Source: a virus
IMG/VR virus record: IMGVR_UViG_3300022902_000008
Length of the DNA stretch: 64,000 bases
Reading direction: 5' to 3' (one strand)
Every line of letters begins with the position of its first letter. Within the stretch, counting starts at the first letter, position 1. Of the stretch, positions 11,400 through 20,665 are shown piece by piece. A program made the translations under genes and the position numbers. The notes under the pieces are model-generated. The model saw only the letters and a program-made list of their open reading frames with translations. It made no database searches and had not been told where the DNA came from.

Positions 11400-11428
11400 T
11401 TTATAGATAGAGAAAACTTTGCTACAAT
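11400..11428 (+). promoter_or_regulatory. Putative promoter TTTATA-N17-TACAAT with extended TG
   Basis: tgc-tttata...tgc-tacaat upstream of an AAGGAG RBS and the SSB gene. Confidence 0.45.
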
Positions 11429-11490
11429 GTTGTTAGTTAGGTTGTGTTTTAAATGTTTTGTTAACCTTAGAAAATTAAGGAGAGAAAAGA

Positions 11491-12282
11491 ATGGATTTTG
11501 AACTGATTAAAAAGAAACTAGAGAAGCTTCAAAGTGGTCCTCAAGGCTCTGGAAAGAAGGATACATGGGGACCAGGAATTGAAAAGGCTGTGCATGAAGT
11601 AAGGATTGTGCCTATTAAGGGTGTGAATGATCCTTTTAGGGAACGAGCTTTTTATTACAACATTGGAAAATATCGTAGTCTGGTGTCTCCATGGGCAAGC
11701 TTTGAAAAACAAGATCCTATTTGGGAATTCAGGAAAACTCTTTTTGATAAAGGGACAGATGATTCAGTGGCGCTTGCAAAACAGCTTTCTCCAAAGTCTA
11801 GATATTTTGCACCAATTATTGTAAGAGGCAAAGAAGGTGATGGAGTAAAGTGGTGGGGATTCTCTAAAACTGTTTACATGTATCTTCTTTCAAAGCTAAT
11901 TGACGAAGATTATGGTAACTATATTGATGCAAAAGAGGGCAGAGATATTAAGGTTATTGTAACTCCAGTGCAGGGAAGGGCTTATCCTGATATTGATGTG
12001 GAACTTAAGCCAAGAACAAGTCAGCTTGCAGAATCAGACAAGGAAATTAAAGAGTTGATGGAAGGTATTTCTGATTTTGACAACATTGAGTTTCTTAAGG
12101 CAAAGTCATATGAGGAGTTAGAAGAAATTCTCCTAGAATGGCAGGCAGAAATGACTGATGAGCCAAGTGTTGAGGAAATCGATAGCGGTTCAGAATACAA
12201 AGGTAAAGATAAGGAAGAAAAGCCTGCTTCTGGTGTGCATAAAAGTATTGATGACGCTTTTGATGACTTAGGTTTGGATTAA
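11491..12282 (+). CDS. T4 gp32-like single-stranded DNA-binding protein
   Basis: VRIVP, DPI.EF, RYFAPIIVRG.E..GVKWWGF, DYG...D..EGRDI, acidic tail IDDAFDDL. Confidence 0.85.
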   Translation: MDFELIKKKLEKLQSGPQGSGKKDTWGPGIEKAVHEVRIVPIKGVNDPFRERAFYYNIGKYRSLVSPWASFEKQDPIWEFRKTLFDKGTDDSVALAKQLSPKSRYFAPIIVRGKEGDGVKWWGFSKTVYMYLLSKLIDEDYGNYIDAKEGRDIKVIVTPVQGRAYPDIDVELKPRTSQLAESDKEIKELMEGISDFDNIEFLKAKSYEELEEILLEWQAEMTDEPSVEEIDSGSEYKGKDKEEKPASGVHKSIDDAFDDLGLD

Positions 12283-12314
12283 TAAAAATTAAATAAAAAT
12301 ATTGCTAACTTAAT

Positions 12315-12334
12315 TGCCGTCCTTCGGGACGGCA
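12315..12334 (+). other. C(UUCG)G tetraloop hairpin between SSB and recA
   Basis: tgccgtcc-ttcg-ggacggca, 8-bp perfect stem, no U tract. Confidence 0.7.
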
Positions 12335-12357
12335 TTGCAATGGAGTAGTGTGCAAAC

Positions 12358-14019
12358 ATGGTAACAAAAAAAGAAACTAATAAAGAAAAAAAAGAAGAAG
12401 AGCAAAAAAAGAAGTTTATTGAAAAATCAAAAGAGAATGACAAAATTATTAGTGAAATCTCAAAAGAATTAATTGAAGAAATTAATAAAAGCTCAAAAAC
12501 AAAAATAGCTTATTCCCTTGGGTTCGAAGAAAGCCCAACTGATATTAAAGAGTTTATTTCAACAGGAAGTACGTTGCTTGATTATGCAATTGCAAATAAA
12601 AAAGGTGGAGGTGTGCCTGTTGGAAGATTAACTGAGATTGTCGGTGAGGAAAGTTGTATCACTGGACGTTCCGCTATTAGAGTCTCTACTGATGGAGATG
12701 TAAAAAAAATAGTTAAGATTGTTGATATTAAAGAAATGTTAGAGAGTGGTAGAAGTGTTTGTGTTGACTCTCCTTATGGTTTTATTCCTGTAAAAAGGTT
12801 TGTTGAGAAAGGGAAACTACATGCTATTAAGGTTGTTGTTAAGGATAAAAGGTTTATTGAATGTACTGGTGATCACTTGTTGTTTTGTGAAAATGAGAAT
12901 GAAGTTGGTTGGGTTTGTGCAAAAGATTTAGACATCAGTGATAAAATATCTACAGTTACTGGTCCTCAAAAAATTATATCAATTGAATCAATTGGAAAAC
13001 ATGAGATTTATGACATTGAAGTTGATCATGAAGAGCATTGTTATTGGGCAAATGGAATAAAAAATCACAACACAGGAAAAAGTTTATTAGCCATAGAGTT
13101 ATTAAAATCAACCCAAAAGAAAGGTGGTATTGGAGTTTTGTTGGATACTGAAAATGCAACCAGTCCTGAGCTACTTAAAAGACTTGGTATTAATTTAAAG
13201 GGTTTTGTGTATGCACAACCTAATCATATTGAAGATGTGTTTAGCACAATTGAGCAAGTTATTAAAAAGATAAGAACAATAGGTAAAAATAAGCCTGTGA
13301 CAATTGTTTGGGACTCCGTTGCTGGAACTCCTACAAAAGCAGAGTTGGATGGTGAACATGATGATAAGTTTATGGCTGCTGCTGCAAAAGTGATTGCTCA
13401 AAGTCTTAGAAAAATTACACAGATGATCGGTTCAGAAAAGGTTACAATGGTATTTACTAATCAATTAAAGTCAAAGATTGGTGTGGTTTATGGTGATAGT
13501 ATGGTATCGTTTGGGGGCAAAGCGATACCCTATCACTCTAGCACACGGATTAAATTGTTAAGAGATGGCAAAGTGCTTGGTGATAAAGGCAAAGATGATC
13601 AAATTGGGGTTGGTGTTAAGGCCAAGGTTATTAAAAATAAAGTATCTATCCCATTTAAGACTGCTGGCTTTAATATTATGTTTAACGTTGGAATTGAAGA
13701 GAGTGAACAAATATTTGATACTTTGGCTAAGGCTGAAAACTTAACTTATACTATTAATGATAAAGAATGTATTGTTAATTTTTCTGCTAGCGCTTGGAGT
13801 AAAGTGGTTGCAAAAGATCAGAAAGGCAACATTCTTTTAAATGAAAGCTTCAGGAAGAAAGAATTTAAAGAAAAGATAATCAATGTATATCCTGAAATGA
13901 TCGAAGAATTAATTGATCAATCTTGTGTTAGAAAACTTGGCAACCCTGAAGAGTTTGAAATAAACCCAGATTCCTACCTTGAAGTGTCTGCTTTGGCAGA
14001 TCAAATCTTAGAAAATTAA
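12358..14019 (+). CDS. recA: RecA/UvsX recombinase interrupted by a mini-intein
   Basis: ISTGS..LD, GGVPVGRLTEIVGEES/TGKS, LDTENA, VWDSVA, FTNQ, GGKAIPYHSSTRI, KNKV..PF. Confidence 0.95.
   Translation: MVTKKETNKEKKEEEQKKKFIEKSKENDKIISEISKELIEEINKSSKTKIAYSLGFEESPTDIKEFISTGSTLLDYAIANKKGGGVPVGRLTEIVGEESCITGRSAIRVSTDGDVKKIVKIVDIKEMLESGRSVCVDSPYGFIPVKRFVEKGKLHAIKVVVKDKRFIECTGDHLLFCENENEVGWVCAKDLDISDKISTVTGPQKIISIESIGKHEIYDIEVDHEEHCYWANGIKNHNTGKSLLAIELLKSTQKKGGIGVLLDTENATSPELLKRLGINLKGFVYAQPNHIEDVFSTIEQVIKKIRTIGKNKPVTIVWDSVAGTPTKAELDGEHDDKFMAAAAKVIAQSLRKITQMIGSEKVTMVFTNQLKSKIGVVYGDSMVSFGGKAIPYHSSTRIKLLRDGKVLGDKGKDDQIGVGVKAKVIKNKVSIPFKTAGFNIMFNVGIEESEQIFDTLAKAENLTYTINDKECIVNFSASAWSKVVAKDQKGNILLNESFRKKEFKEKIINVYPEMIEELIDQSCVRKLGNPEEFEINPDSYLEVSALADQILEN
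12655..13071 (+). mobile_element. Mini-intein (139 aa) in the RecA P-loop
   Basis: Starts CITG, block B CTGDH, ends YDIEV...ANGIKNHN, +1 Thr; no endonuclease domain. Confidence 0.9.
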
Positions 14020-14144
14020 AAAAATAACAAAAAAATAGCTTATTTAAATTTTGTCGTCATATGGGAATCTGATTTTCTTGAATGGTTCAAATCTTAATTA
14101 AATACCCTTAAATTACAATTTTTTTAAAATATATTTCAGTTGTA

Positions 14145-14175
14145 GGTTAACAAATGAACCTTGTTGTGGTATATT
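14145..14175 (+). promoter_or_regulatory. GGTTAACA-class promoter
   Basis: GG-TTAACA-N17-TATATT with TGTG extension. Confidence 0.85.
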
Positions 14176-14199
14176 GTTGTCAGTTGAAAAGGAGGGCTA

Positions 14200-14559
14200 A
14201 TGTTCAACAAATCAATGATGACAGAATATCCTAGTGGAACAAAACATTGGTATCTAAATGGAAAGTTGCATCGAGAAGATGGTCCTGCTGCTGAGCATCA
14301 TAGTGGAACAAAAGGATGGTATCTAAATGGGGAGTGTCATCGAGAAGATGGCCCTGCTTATGAACATCCTGATGGATATAAAGAATGTTATCTCAATGGG
14401 CAATTTTATTATGACACCAAAGGGAAGTTGCACAATAATAATTTCCTGGTATCAAATGAATATACAGGCCTAGTAATAATAATGGGAGGGAAAAATAAAA
14501 TAAGGTTCATGAGAACAATAAATAATATATATCTGGTAATTAAATTTGAGGAGTTATAA
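14200..14559 (+). CDS. WYLNGxxHREDGPA beta-hairpin repeat protein (MORN-variant/YwqK-like), copy 1
   Basis: Two HREDGPA repeats plus conserved tail KGKLHNNNFL..Y.G..IIMGGKNKIRFM. Confidence 0.85.
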   Translation: MFNKSMMTEYPSGTKHWYLNGKLHREDGPAAEHHSGTKGWYLNGECHREDGPAYEHPDGYKECYLNGQFYYDTKGKLHNNNFLVSNEYTGLVIIMGGKNKIRFMRTINNIYLVIKFEEL

Positions 14560-14562
14560 ATA

Positions 14563-14862
14563 ATGTCACATAAATATAAAGTTGGTGATATTGTATGGGT
14601 TAAAATTCCACCAGCAAAGGACATTAAAAATAGAAAACATAATAAACATTTTATTGCTGCCTGTGGTGGTTGCAGTTGTCTAGGAAGAGTCAGCAAAGTA
14701 TTAAATCAAAACGGTTTAAATAATAATAATAATATCTCAGGTTGGCATTATAATGTTGAGCTTTCATTGCTATTCCCGCTTGAGCTTAACAACTTGTCTG
14801 CTGTTGATGAAAAATATAAATGGTCTATTGCCGAAGAATGGATTGATAGAAAAATAAAATGA
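14563..14862 (+). CDS. SH3/KOW-like paralogue family protein
   Basis: KYKVGDIVWVKIP...EEWIDRKIK. Confidence 0.75.
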   Translation: MSHKYKVGDIVWVKIPPAKDIKNRKHNKHFIAACGGCSCLGRVSKVLNQNGLNNNNNISGWHYNVELSLLFPLELNNLSAVDEKYKWSIAEEWIDRKIK

Positions 14863-15107
14863 CTTATAAATACAAATATGAAATTGGTGATATTGTATGG
14901 GTTAAAGAGGCTTTTTATTGGCCAAGAAAAGGCAGCTATTCTTTTTATACTGGACCAGTAAGCATTGTTAGTTGTGGATTGTCAGGAAAATATGATCATG
15001 ATATAAGGGGGATTGTATATGTAGTCAGATTGCCTGTTGGGGTATATGAAGGTCTTAGTATTATTGGAGAAAGCCAAATAAAAGGTTTAATAAATGAAAA
15101 TTTATAA
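14859..15107 (+). CDS. SH3/KOW-like paralogue family protein
   Basis: YEIGDIVWV...YTGPVSIV. Confidence 0.75.
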   Translation: MTYKYKYEIGDIVWVKEAFYWPRKGSYSFYTGPVSIVSCGLSGKYDHDIRGIVYVVRLPVGVYEGLSIIGESQIKGLINENL

Positions 15108-15369
15108 ATATAAAGTTGGTGATATTGTTTGGGTTAAAATTCCAAACTTAAGAAATGTTAAAAATGAAAATTGTAAAGGACATGCAGTTGTAAAAAAGGG
15201 TGGTTGTACCTTTGTTGCTGTTATTTTTGAGGTATATTCTCATAACAATAAATTTGGTTCTTGGGATTATGTCATTTCATTGCCTATTGGTTTTAGTCTT
15301 GAATATGGCACTAAAAAACTTAAAGAGTGGGCTATTGTCAAAGAGTGGGTTAAAGGGAAAGTAAAATGA
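15094..15369 (+). CDS. SH3/KOW-like paralogue family protein
   Basis: KYKVGDIVWVKIP...KEWVKGK. Confidence 0.75.
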   Translation: MKIYKYKVGDIVWVKIPNLRNVKNENCKGHAVVKKGGCTFVAVIFEVYSHNNKFGSWDYVISLPIGFSLEYGTKKLKEWAIVKEWVKGKVK

Positions 15370-15578
15370 CTTATAAATATAAAATTGGTGATATTGTGTG
15401 GATTAACAACTATCAGCATATGTGTGCAGGGAAGTTCATAACGATGTCAGGTCTTGCTATTATTCAACAAAGTTACATAAATGGTTCTAAAAAATATCTA
15501 GTTTCTTGGGTTGGGTTGCTGTCTGGTCGTTGGGTAGCAATAACGGAGAAAGATATTGACAAAAAAATTAATGTTTAG
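15366..15578 (+). CDS. SH3/KOW-like paralogue family protein
   Basis: KYKIGDIVWIN...SGLAII. Confidence 0.75.
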   Translation: MTYKYKIGDIVWINNYQHMCAGKFITMSGLAIIQQSYINGSKKYLVSWVGLLSGRWVAITEKDIDKKINV

Positions 15579-15804
15579 ACATAGAAAAGGTGATATTGTT
15601 TGGGCTAGTTGTTATATTGTTAGCTTTAATGGCGTTCTTGGGTTTTATAGGTGGCAATCATTTTCAGGAGTAGGAATTGTTTATCACCCAAGATTTCCTG
15701 GCAAATGTGGTAATTATTATGAATATATTATTAAGTTTGGGGAGCATATATATGGAATAGCCAAAGCAGATTGCACAAAAGGAATAAATAATGAAACATT
15801 TTAA
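15556..15804 (+). CDS. SH3/KOW-like paralogue family protein
   Basis: RKGDIVWAS...FSGVGIV. Confidence 0.7.
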   Translation: MTKKLMFRHRKGDIVWASCYIVSFNGVLGFYRWQSFSGVGIVYHPRFPGKCGNYYEYIIKFGEHIYGIAKADCTKGINNETF

Positions 15805-16129
15805 GCACATTTTTAAAAAGAAAGGATATAAGATAGACTGGCAATATGATGATGGTATTGGTTATAGTAACAAACATCATATTGTTCGAATTCTTTATAA
15901 GGAAGGTAAAGGAGATACTGTTTCAATGGGATCAGCGAAGTATTTTGACAGGTGGGCTAACTCAAGTCATATTAATTGGGAAATTATGGAAAAAAATAAT
16001 AATTGGACTGAAAAAATGGTTGAAGAAGACTTTTTGAACAACCTCAGAAATGCTGAATGGTTATGTTTAATTATTGCAAGGTTGTTGCCAACTCTTTTTG
16101 ACAACCCTCTTTTTAGAATTGATTTGTGA
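15791..16129 (+). CDS. Hypothetical protein
   Basis: Overlaps the upstream gene; in operon. Confidence 0.6.
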   Translation: MKHFKHIFKKKGYKIDWQYDDGIGYSNKHHIVRILYKEGKGDTVSMGSAKYFDRWANSSHINWEIMEKNNNWTEKMVEEDFLNNLRNAEWLCLIIARLLPTLFDNPLFRIDL

Positions 16130-16134
16130 CTTAT

Positions 16135-16165
16135 GGTTAACAAACAGGGTTGGTTGTGGTATAAA
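16135..16165 (+). promoter_or_regulatory. GGTTAACA-class promoter
   Basis: GG-TTAACA-N17-TATAAA, TGTG extension. Confidence 0.85.
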
Positions 16166-16200
16166 GGTTTTATTGATTGATATTTAAAAGGAAGGGACAA

Positions 16201-16344
16201 ATGGAAAGTATCAATGAAAAAATGGTTTGTGAGTTTATTGGTTCTGTTGATTGGGACAACAATAAGGAAGTACAAAAGCAAGACATAGAAGATCGTTACG
16301 GTGAAAACACATGGGCCTCAGATGATGTTTGGGAACAGTTTTGA
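16201..16344 (+). CDS. Small acidic protein (47 aa), not in the ORF track
   Basis: MESINEKMVCEFIGSVDWDNNKEVQKQDIEDRYGENTWASDDVWEQF; follows the promoter and a purine-rich RBS (AAGGAAGGGA). Confidence 0.65.
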   Translation: MESINEKMVCEFIGSVDWDNNKEVQKQDIEDRYGENTWASDDVWEQF

Positions 16345-16565
16345 AATTTTATAGTAATGAAATTAGAAAGTTATGTTGGGTTGATGGAAGGGTAGGTTTT
16401 TCATTGGGTGATCATTATGTTTATCGAGATTTTGTTGGGCCATTAATGATTATTTTCAAAGATACGTCAATGAAACAACAAGCTTTATATCTTGGGTTTT
16501 ATTCCAAAGATGAATATATGTGTCTTGTTTCGGAAGATGCAATTAAGGACATTATAGAAGGCTGA
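16329..16565 (+). CDS. SH3/KOW-like paralogue family protein (start probably TTG 16341)
   Basis: LCWVDG...FVGPLMI. Confidence 0.65.
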   Translation: MGTVLKFYSNEIRKLCWVDGRVGFSLGDHYVYRDFVGPLMIIFKDTSMKQQALYLGFYSKDEYMCLVSEDAIKDIIEG

Positions 16566-16847
16566 TTGATGAAAAAAAATAAAAAGTATAAAGCTGGCGA
16601 TGTTATTTGGTATCAGATTCCACTAAAAGAAGTTGCGGAGCTTACTGATTATCAAGCTTTAATTAATAATCATTTTTTATTAAGCTTTAAAAGGGCTGTC
16701 AAAGGTCTTGCTATTATTTCTGAACAGTCTACATGGAACCCCTGGGATTATGATATTGTTTTTGCTAACAAGTTAATTGTTGATAGATTAGAAATTGGTG
16801 GTTGTCAGATTCCTGAAAGTTGGGTTTTGGAAAAGGTAGAGATATGA
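16566..16847 (+). CDS. SH3/KOW-like paralogue family protein
   Basis: KYKAGDVIWYQIP...KGLAII...ESWVLEK. Confidence 0.75.
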   Translation: MMKKNKKYKAGDVIWYQIPLKEVAELTDYQALINNHFLLSFKRAVKGLAIISEQSTWNPWDYDIVFANKLIVDRLEIGGCQIPESWVLEKVEI

Positions 16848-17206
16848 TTGATTTGTACTTTACAAACAGCACATCTAAAGAAATATCTAGACGAACATTT
16901 CATTATCATTGCAAATCGTTAAGTTGGCAATTTATTGGTGGTGGACAATCATTAAAGTTTTCAAGAGTATTCTTTGATCGTTATGCATATGATAATTTTG
17001 CCGCAAATAAAATAATTTATGTTGGGCCAGTCGTTAGACGAAAAGTTATTTTTGTTAGTAAATTTAACCCTAAAGAACAAATGGCTTTTTTTACATATAC
17101 TTTCCCCAAGTTTGTTGGTGCAGAAAGAATAGTTTCGGGTTGGTTTATAAATAGGAAGGGTGACAAAATAACTTTATGTTCTGATGTTGATTGGTTTGAA
17201 AGATGA
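16820..17206 (+). CDS. Divergent YxGP-family protein
   Basis: YVGPVV motif; in the array. Confidence 0.55.
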   Translation: MGFGKGRDMIDLYFTNSTSKEISRRTFHYHCKSLSWQFIGGGQSLKFSRVFFDRYAYDNFAANKIIYVGPVVRRKVIFVSKFNPKEQMAFFTYTFPKFVGAERIVSGWFINRKGDKITLCSDVDWFER

Positions 17207-17544
17207 AATATATAAAAATTGAAACTAACTTTGGCCATTTAATTCAAAAAAGAAAACAATTTGAAATGTTCTTTATAGCAGGATTCAAATTTGATATAAT
17301 TAAACAAGAGGTTGCTTTTGTTAATTTGAAGTATAAGTTAACAAACGATCAATTCAATTATGTTGGCCCAGTTATATTAAAAAGGCTGCTTGGTGAAAAG
17401 GGAGAAGAAGATGTTGTTGTTATAATTGAAACATTTAAGTTGCCAGAAAGCCGATTAAAAAAGCTCATTGGGCTTAAGAGTTTACACGTTAAGAATGATG
17501 GGTTAATATTATTTATCAATACTGAAGCAAAAAATGAAATATAA
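17203..17544 (+). CDS. Divergent YxGP-family protein
   Basis: YVGPVIL motif; ATGA overlap. Confidence 0.55.
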   Translation: MKYIKIETNFGHLIQKRKQFEMFFIAGFKFDIIKQEVAFVNLKYKLTNDQFNYVGPVILKRLLGEKGEEDVVVIIETFKLPESRLKKLIGLKSLHVKNDGLILFINTEAKNEI

Positions 17545-17821
17545 TCTTGACAAAGGGTTAGTTTTCACTTATATTACTGAAGAAGGCAGAGAAGGGCTTC
17601 CAGTATATGTTGTACTAATTAATAAACAGGGAGACTTGCTTTATAATAATATAGCTTTGTTATATAAAGAATGTCATGGTAACTATTTTAGCTTTAAGTT
17701 TTTAACTAAAAATATATATAATGTTGTGTTTTCTAAAATAGACAATACAAATTGGTTCATAAATAAGAGGAACATACAGAAACTTTATTATTTAAATGGG
17801 GGAAATGGTTATGGGAAGTGA
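17534..17821 (+). CDS. Hypothetical protein
   Basis: Overlapping ORF in operon. Confidence 0.5.
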   Translation: MKYNLDKGLVFTYITEEGREGLPVYVVLINKQGDLLYNNIALLYKECHGNYFSFKFLTKNIYNVVFSKIDNTNWFINKRNIQKLYYLNGGNGYGK

Positions 17822-19709
17822 TAATATTAAAAATAAAATTGTTGGCATTGATCTTGGGACTTCTCGATCTGCAATTGCGGTGATGGAAGCAGGCAAGACA
17901 AGCATTATTATTAATCAAGAGGGCGATAGAACAACACCATCAGTTGTTAGTTTAAGTGACGGTTCAGTTGGGATATCAGCAAAAAGGGCTGGAGTTGTTC
18001 ACCCGGAATCTACAATTTATTCAGTAAAAAGGTTGATTGGTAGAAGGTATAAAGATATTAAGGGTGAGTTAAAAAACTTATCATATTCTGTCTTTGAAAA
18101 CAGCAATGGTTCAACAAAAATTGTTTATGATGATAACGAACATTCACCACAAGAGATCTCTTCAAAGATATTAATTAAACTTAAGAAGGCCGCTGAAGAT
18201 TATCTTGGGGAAAAGGTTGAGAAGGCTGTTATTACCGTTCCTGCTTATTTTGATGATTCTCAAAGAATGGCAACAAAGGTTGCAGGCGAAATTGCTGGGT
18301 TGGATGTTGTAAGGATCATCAATGAGCCGACAGCGGCAGCTTTAGCTTATGGTGTTGATAAAAAAGATGATTTTAAGGTTATGGTTGTTGATATTGGCGG
18401 GGGAACAACGGACTTCTCAGTACTTGAAGTTGGTGGCGGAATTGTTGAGGTATTATCAACAAGTGGCGATACATATTTAGGTGGTGATGATATAGATAAT
18501 GTTTTGTTGGGTCATTTTATTGAGGAATTTAAAAATCAGACTAACATCGATGCCTCTGGTGATAAGATGGTTATGCAGAGGTTAAAAGAGGCAGCGGAGA
18601 AGGCGAAGATTGAGTTGTCCCTAATGTTGGAGACTGAGGTTAACTTACCATTCCTTTCAGCAAATGAAACTGGTCCTAAGCATTTTATTTATAAGCTTAG
18701 TAGGAGTAAGTTCGAGGTAATGATTATGCCATTGTTAGAGAGGGCCTTGGTCCCATGTAAAATTGCATTGGAAGATGCTAAACTAAGTGTTGATGATATA
18801 GATGAGGTTTTGTTTGTTGGTGGAACAACAAGAATTCCATTAGTGACGAAAATTATGGTTGATTTTTTTGGAAAAGAGCCAAACAAGAGTGTTAATCCAG
18901 ATGAAATTGTTGCAATGGGTGCGGCTATCCAGGGGGCGGTTCTTTCTGGTGACGATGCCGTGAAAGATATTTTGTTGTTGGATGTCACTCCATTGTCTTT
19001 GGGGATTGAAACTTTAGGTGGAGTATTTACAAGAATTATTGAAAGAAACACAACAATCCCTTGTGTAAAATCGGAGATCTTCTCTACAGCAGCAAATAAC
19101 CAACCAGCAGTATCTATTGTTGCCTATCAGGGGGAAAGAAATATTGCTGCAAATAATAAACTTTTAGGTAAGTTTGATTTAATTGGAATTCCACCTGCCC
19201 CAAAAGGTACTCCACAAATTGAAGTTAAATTTAATTTGAATTCAGATGGCATTTTGAATGTTGTTGCAACTGATAAGGTGACTGGAGAAAATAAAGATAT
19301 TACAATTACATCTTCTTGTGGGCTTTCTGATGAAGAAATTGAAAAGATGAAAAATGATGCAGAAGAGAACAAAGTAAAAGATGAGGAAAAAATTGAAATT
19401 ATCAATTTAAGGAATGAACTTGAAACATTAAAAATTTCTGCTGAGAGCCTTTTTAAAGAGCATTCAGGGAAGGCCTATGTCAACCCATTGGGTGATGTTA
19501 TAAAATCCACTGAGGAGCTTTTGGGGAATTCTGACACCACGTCTGAGGCCTTAAATGAGCAGAAAAAAATGTTAGAAAGTATTCTCCACAACATCTCAAA
19601 GGAAATGTATCAGGGCTGTTCTGATGATGACCTAAGTTGCGATGCCAGGGGGGAAAACAGTAAAAGAGGTGAGGTAATTATTGACGCAGAATTTGAGGAT
19701 ATTGAATAA
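17796..19709 (+). CDS. dnaK: Hsp70 chaperone DnaK
   Basis: GIDLGT, RTTPSVV, AVITVPAYF, IINEPTAAALAYG, DIGGGTTD, LLLDVTPLSLGIET, PQIEVKF, C-terminal DAEFE. Confidence 0.97.
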   Translation: MGEMVMGSDNIKNKIVGIDLGTSRSAIAVMEAGKTSIIINQEGDRTTPSVVSLSDGSVGISAKRAGVVHPESTIYSVKRLIGRRYKDIKGELKNLSYSVFENSNGSTKIVYDDNEHSPQEISSKILIKLKKAAEDYLGEKVEKAVITVPAYFDDSQRMATKVAGEIAGLDVVRIINEPTAAALAYGVDKKDDFKVMVVDIGGGTTDFSVLEVGGGIVEVLSTSGDTYLGGDDIDNVLLGHFIEEFKNQTNIDASGDKMVMQRLKEAAEKAKIELSLMLETEVNLPFLSANETGPKHFIYKLSRSKFEVMIMPLLERALVPCKIALEDAKLSVDDIDEVLFVGGTTRIPLVTKIMVDFFGKEPNKSVNPDEIVAMGAAIQGAVLSGDDAVKDILLLDVTPLSLGIETLGGVFTRIIERNTTIPCVKSEIFSTAANNQPAVSIVAYQGERNIAANNKLLGKFDLIGIPPAPKGTPQIEVKFNLNSDGILNVVATDKVTGENKDITITSSCGLSDEEIEKMKNDAEENKVKDEEKIEIINLRNELETLKISAESLFKEHSGKAYVNPLGDVIKSTEELLGNSDTTSEALNEQKKMLESILHNISKEMYQGCSDDDLSCDARGENSKRGEVIIDAEFEDIE

Positions 19710-19712
19710 GCA

Positions 19713-20054
19713 ATGAAAGTAAGGCAAGGATTTGTCAGCAATAGTTCAACAAGCAGCTTTATTATTACTAACAAGTCTGATAAAATGCTAAATGTAGTTG
19801 ATTTGGTGATTGATTTGTCTGATAGGCTAGGGGAGTCTTATCTTGACATTTCTTTGAGACAACTATTAAATGATGCTGAGCAATTATATAGGAATAACTA
19901 TAACTTAAAGCCCAAAATAAGTATAAAGTTATATGTTTCAAATGAAGATGATAATTATGCAAGCTGTTTTTTAAGTCAGATCTTAAATAAAGATAGAGAT
20001 GAGGTTAATGAAAGTGAAAATTTTACATGGGAATTTAAAAATTATTATGGATAA
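19713..20054 (+). CDS. MKxRxGFVSNSSS-family protein 1
   Basis: N-terminus MKVRQGFVSNSSTSSF. Confidence 0.8.
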   Translation: MKVRQGFVSNSSTSSFIITNKSDKMLNVVDLVIDLSDRLGESYLDISLRQLLNDAEQLYRNNYNLKPKISIKLYVSNEDDNYASCFLSQILNKDRDEVNESENFTWEFKNYYG

Positions 20055-20068
20055 ACGGAGGTAAAAAA

Positions 20069-20662
20069 ATGAAAATTAGAACAGGCTTTGTTAGTAACTC
20101 CTCATCAAGTAGTTTTATTTGTAACGTGTGTGGAGAAAATGTTTCAGGTTATGACATGATGTTAAGTGAAGCAGAAATGTATGAGTGTGGTAATGGTCAT
20201 ATTTTTTGTGAAGGTCATGTTAAGGGCGGGTTTGATTATCATGAGATTCTTGGTAATGAAGAGAAGTTATTGCAGTTTGTTGAAAATAAATTAAATGGTC
20301 AAATTACAACAACGAAAAATAACATAAGGAAACTTAAGGCCACTAATTCAAATTGGAATTCATCAGGCTATGAAGCAAACATTAGCAATCTTGAAAAAGA
20401 ACTTAGTGAGTTGAAAAATAAAGAATATGAAGAAATTATAGAAGAGTGGGAAAACTTTTTTGAGGAAGGAGAGTATAGGTATGAATTTCCTATAGACTAT
20501 TGTCCTGTTTGTACTTTAGAGGCATTCAGAGATGAAGATTTGTTAGAGTTTATGTTGGCATCTCAAGGGAAAAACAAAACTAATATTGAAGAGGCAATTA
20601 AAAAATCATTTAAAAACATTAATGAGCTTAATGAATTTATTGGAAAAAATAAAAAGGGTTAA
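20069..20662 (+). CDS. MKxRxGFVSNSSS-family protein 2 (Zn-binding Cys motifs)
   Basis: MKIRTGFVSNSSSSSF; CNVC, CGNGHIFC, CPVC. Confidence 0.8.
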   Translation: MKIRTGFVSNSSSSSFICNVCGENVSGYDMMLSEAEMYECGNGHIFCEGHVKGGFDYHEILGNEEKLLQFVENKLNGQITTTKNNIRKLKATNSNWNSSGYEANISNLEKELSELKNKEYEEIIEEWENFFEEGEYRYEFPIDYCPVCTLEAFRDEDLLEFMLASQGKNKTNIEEAIKKSFKNINELNEFIGKNKKG

Positions 20663-20665
20663 AAC

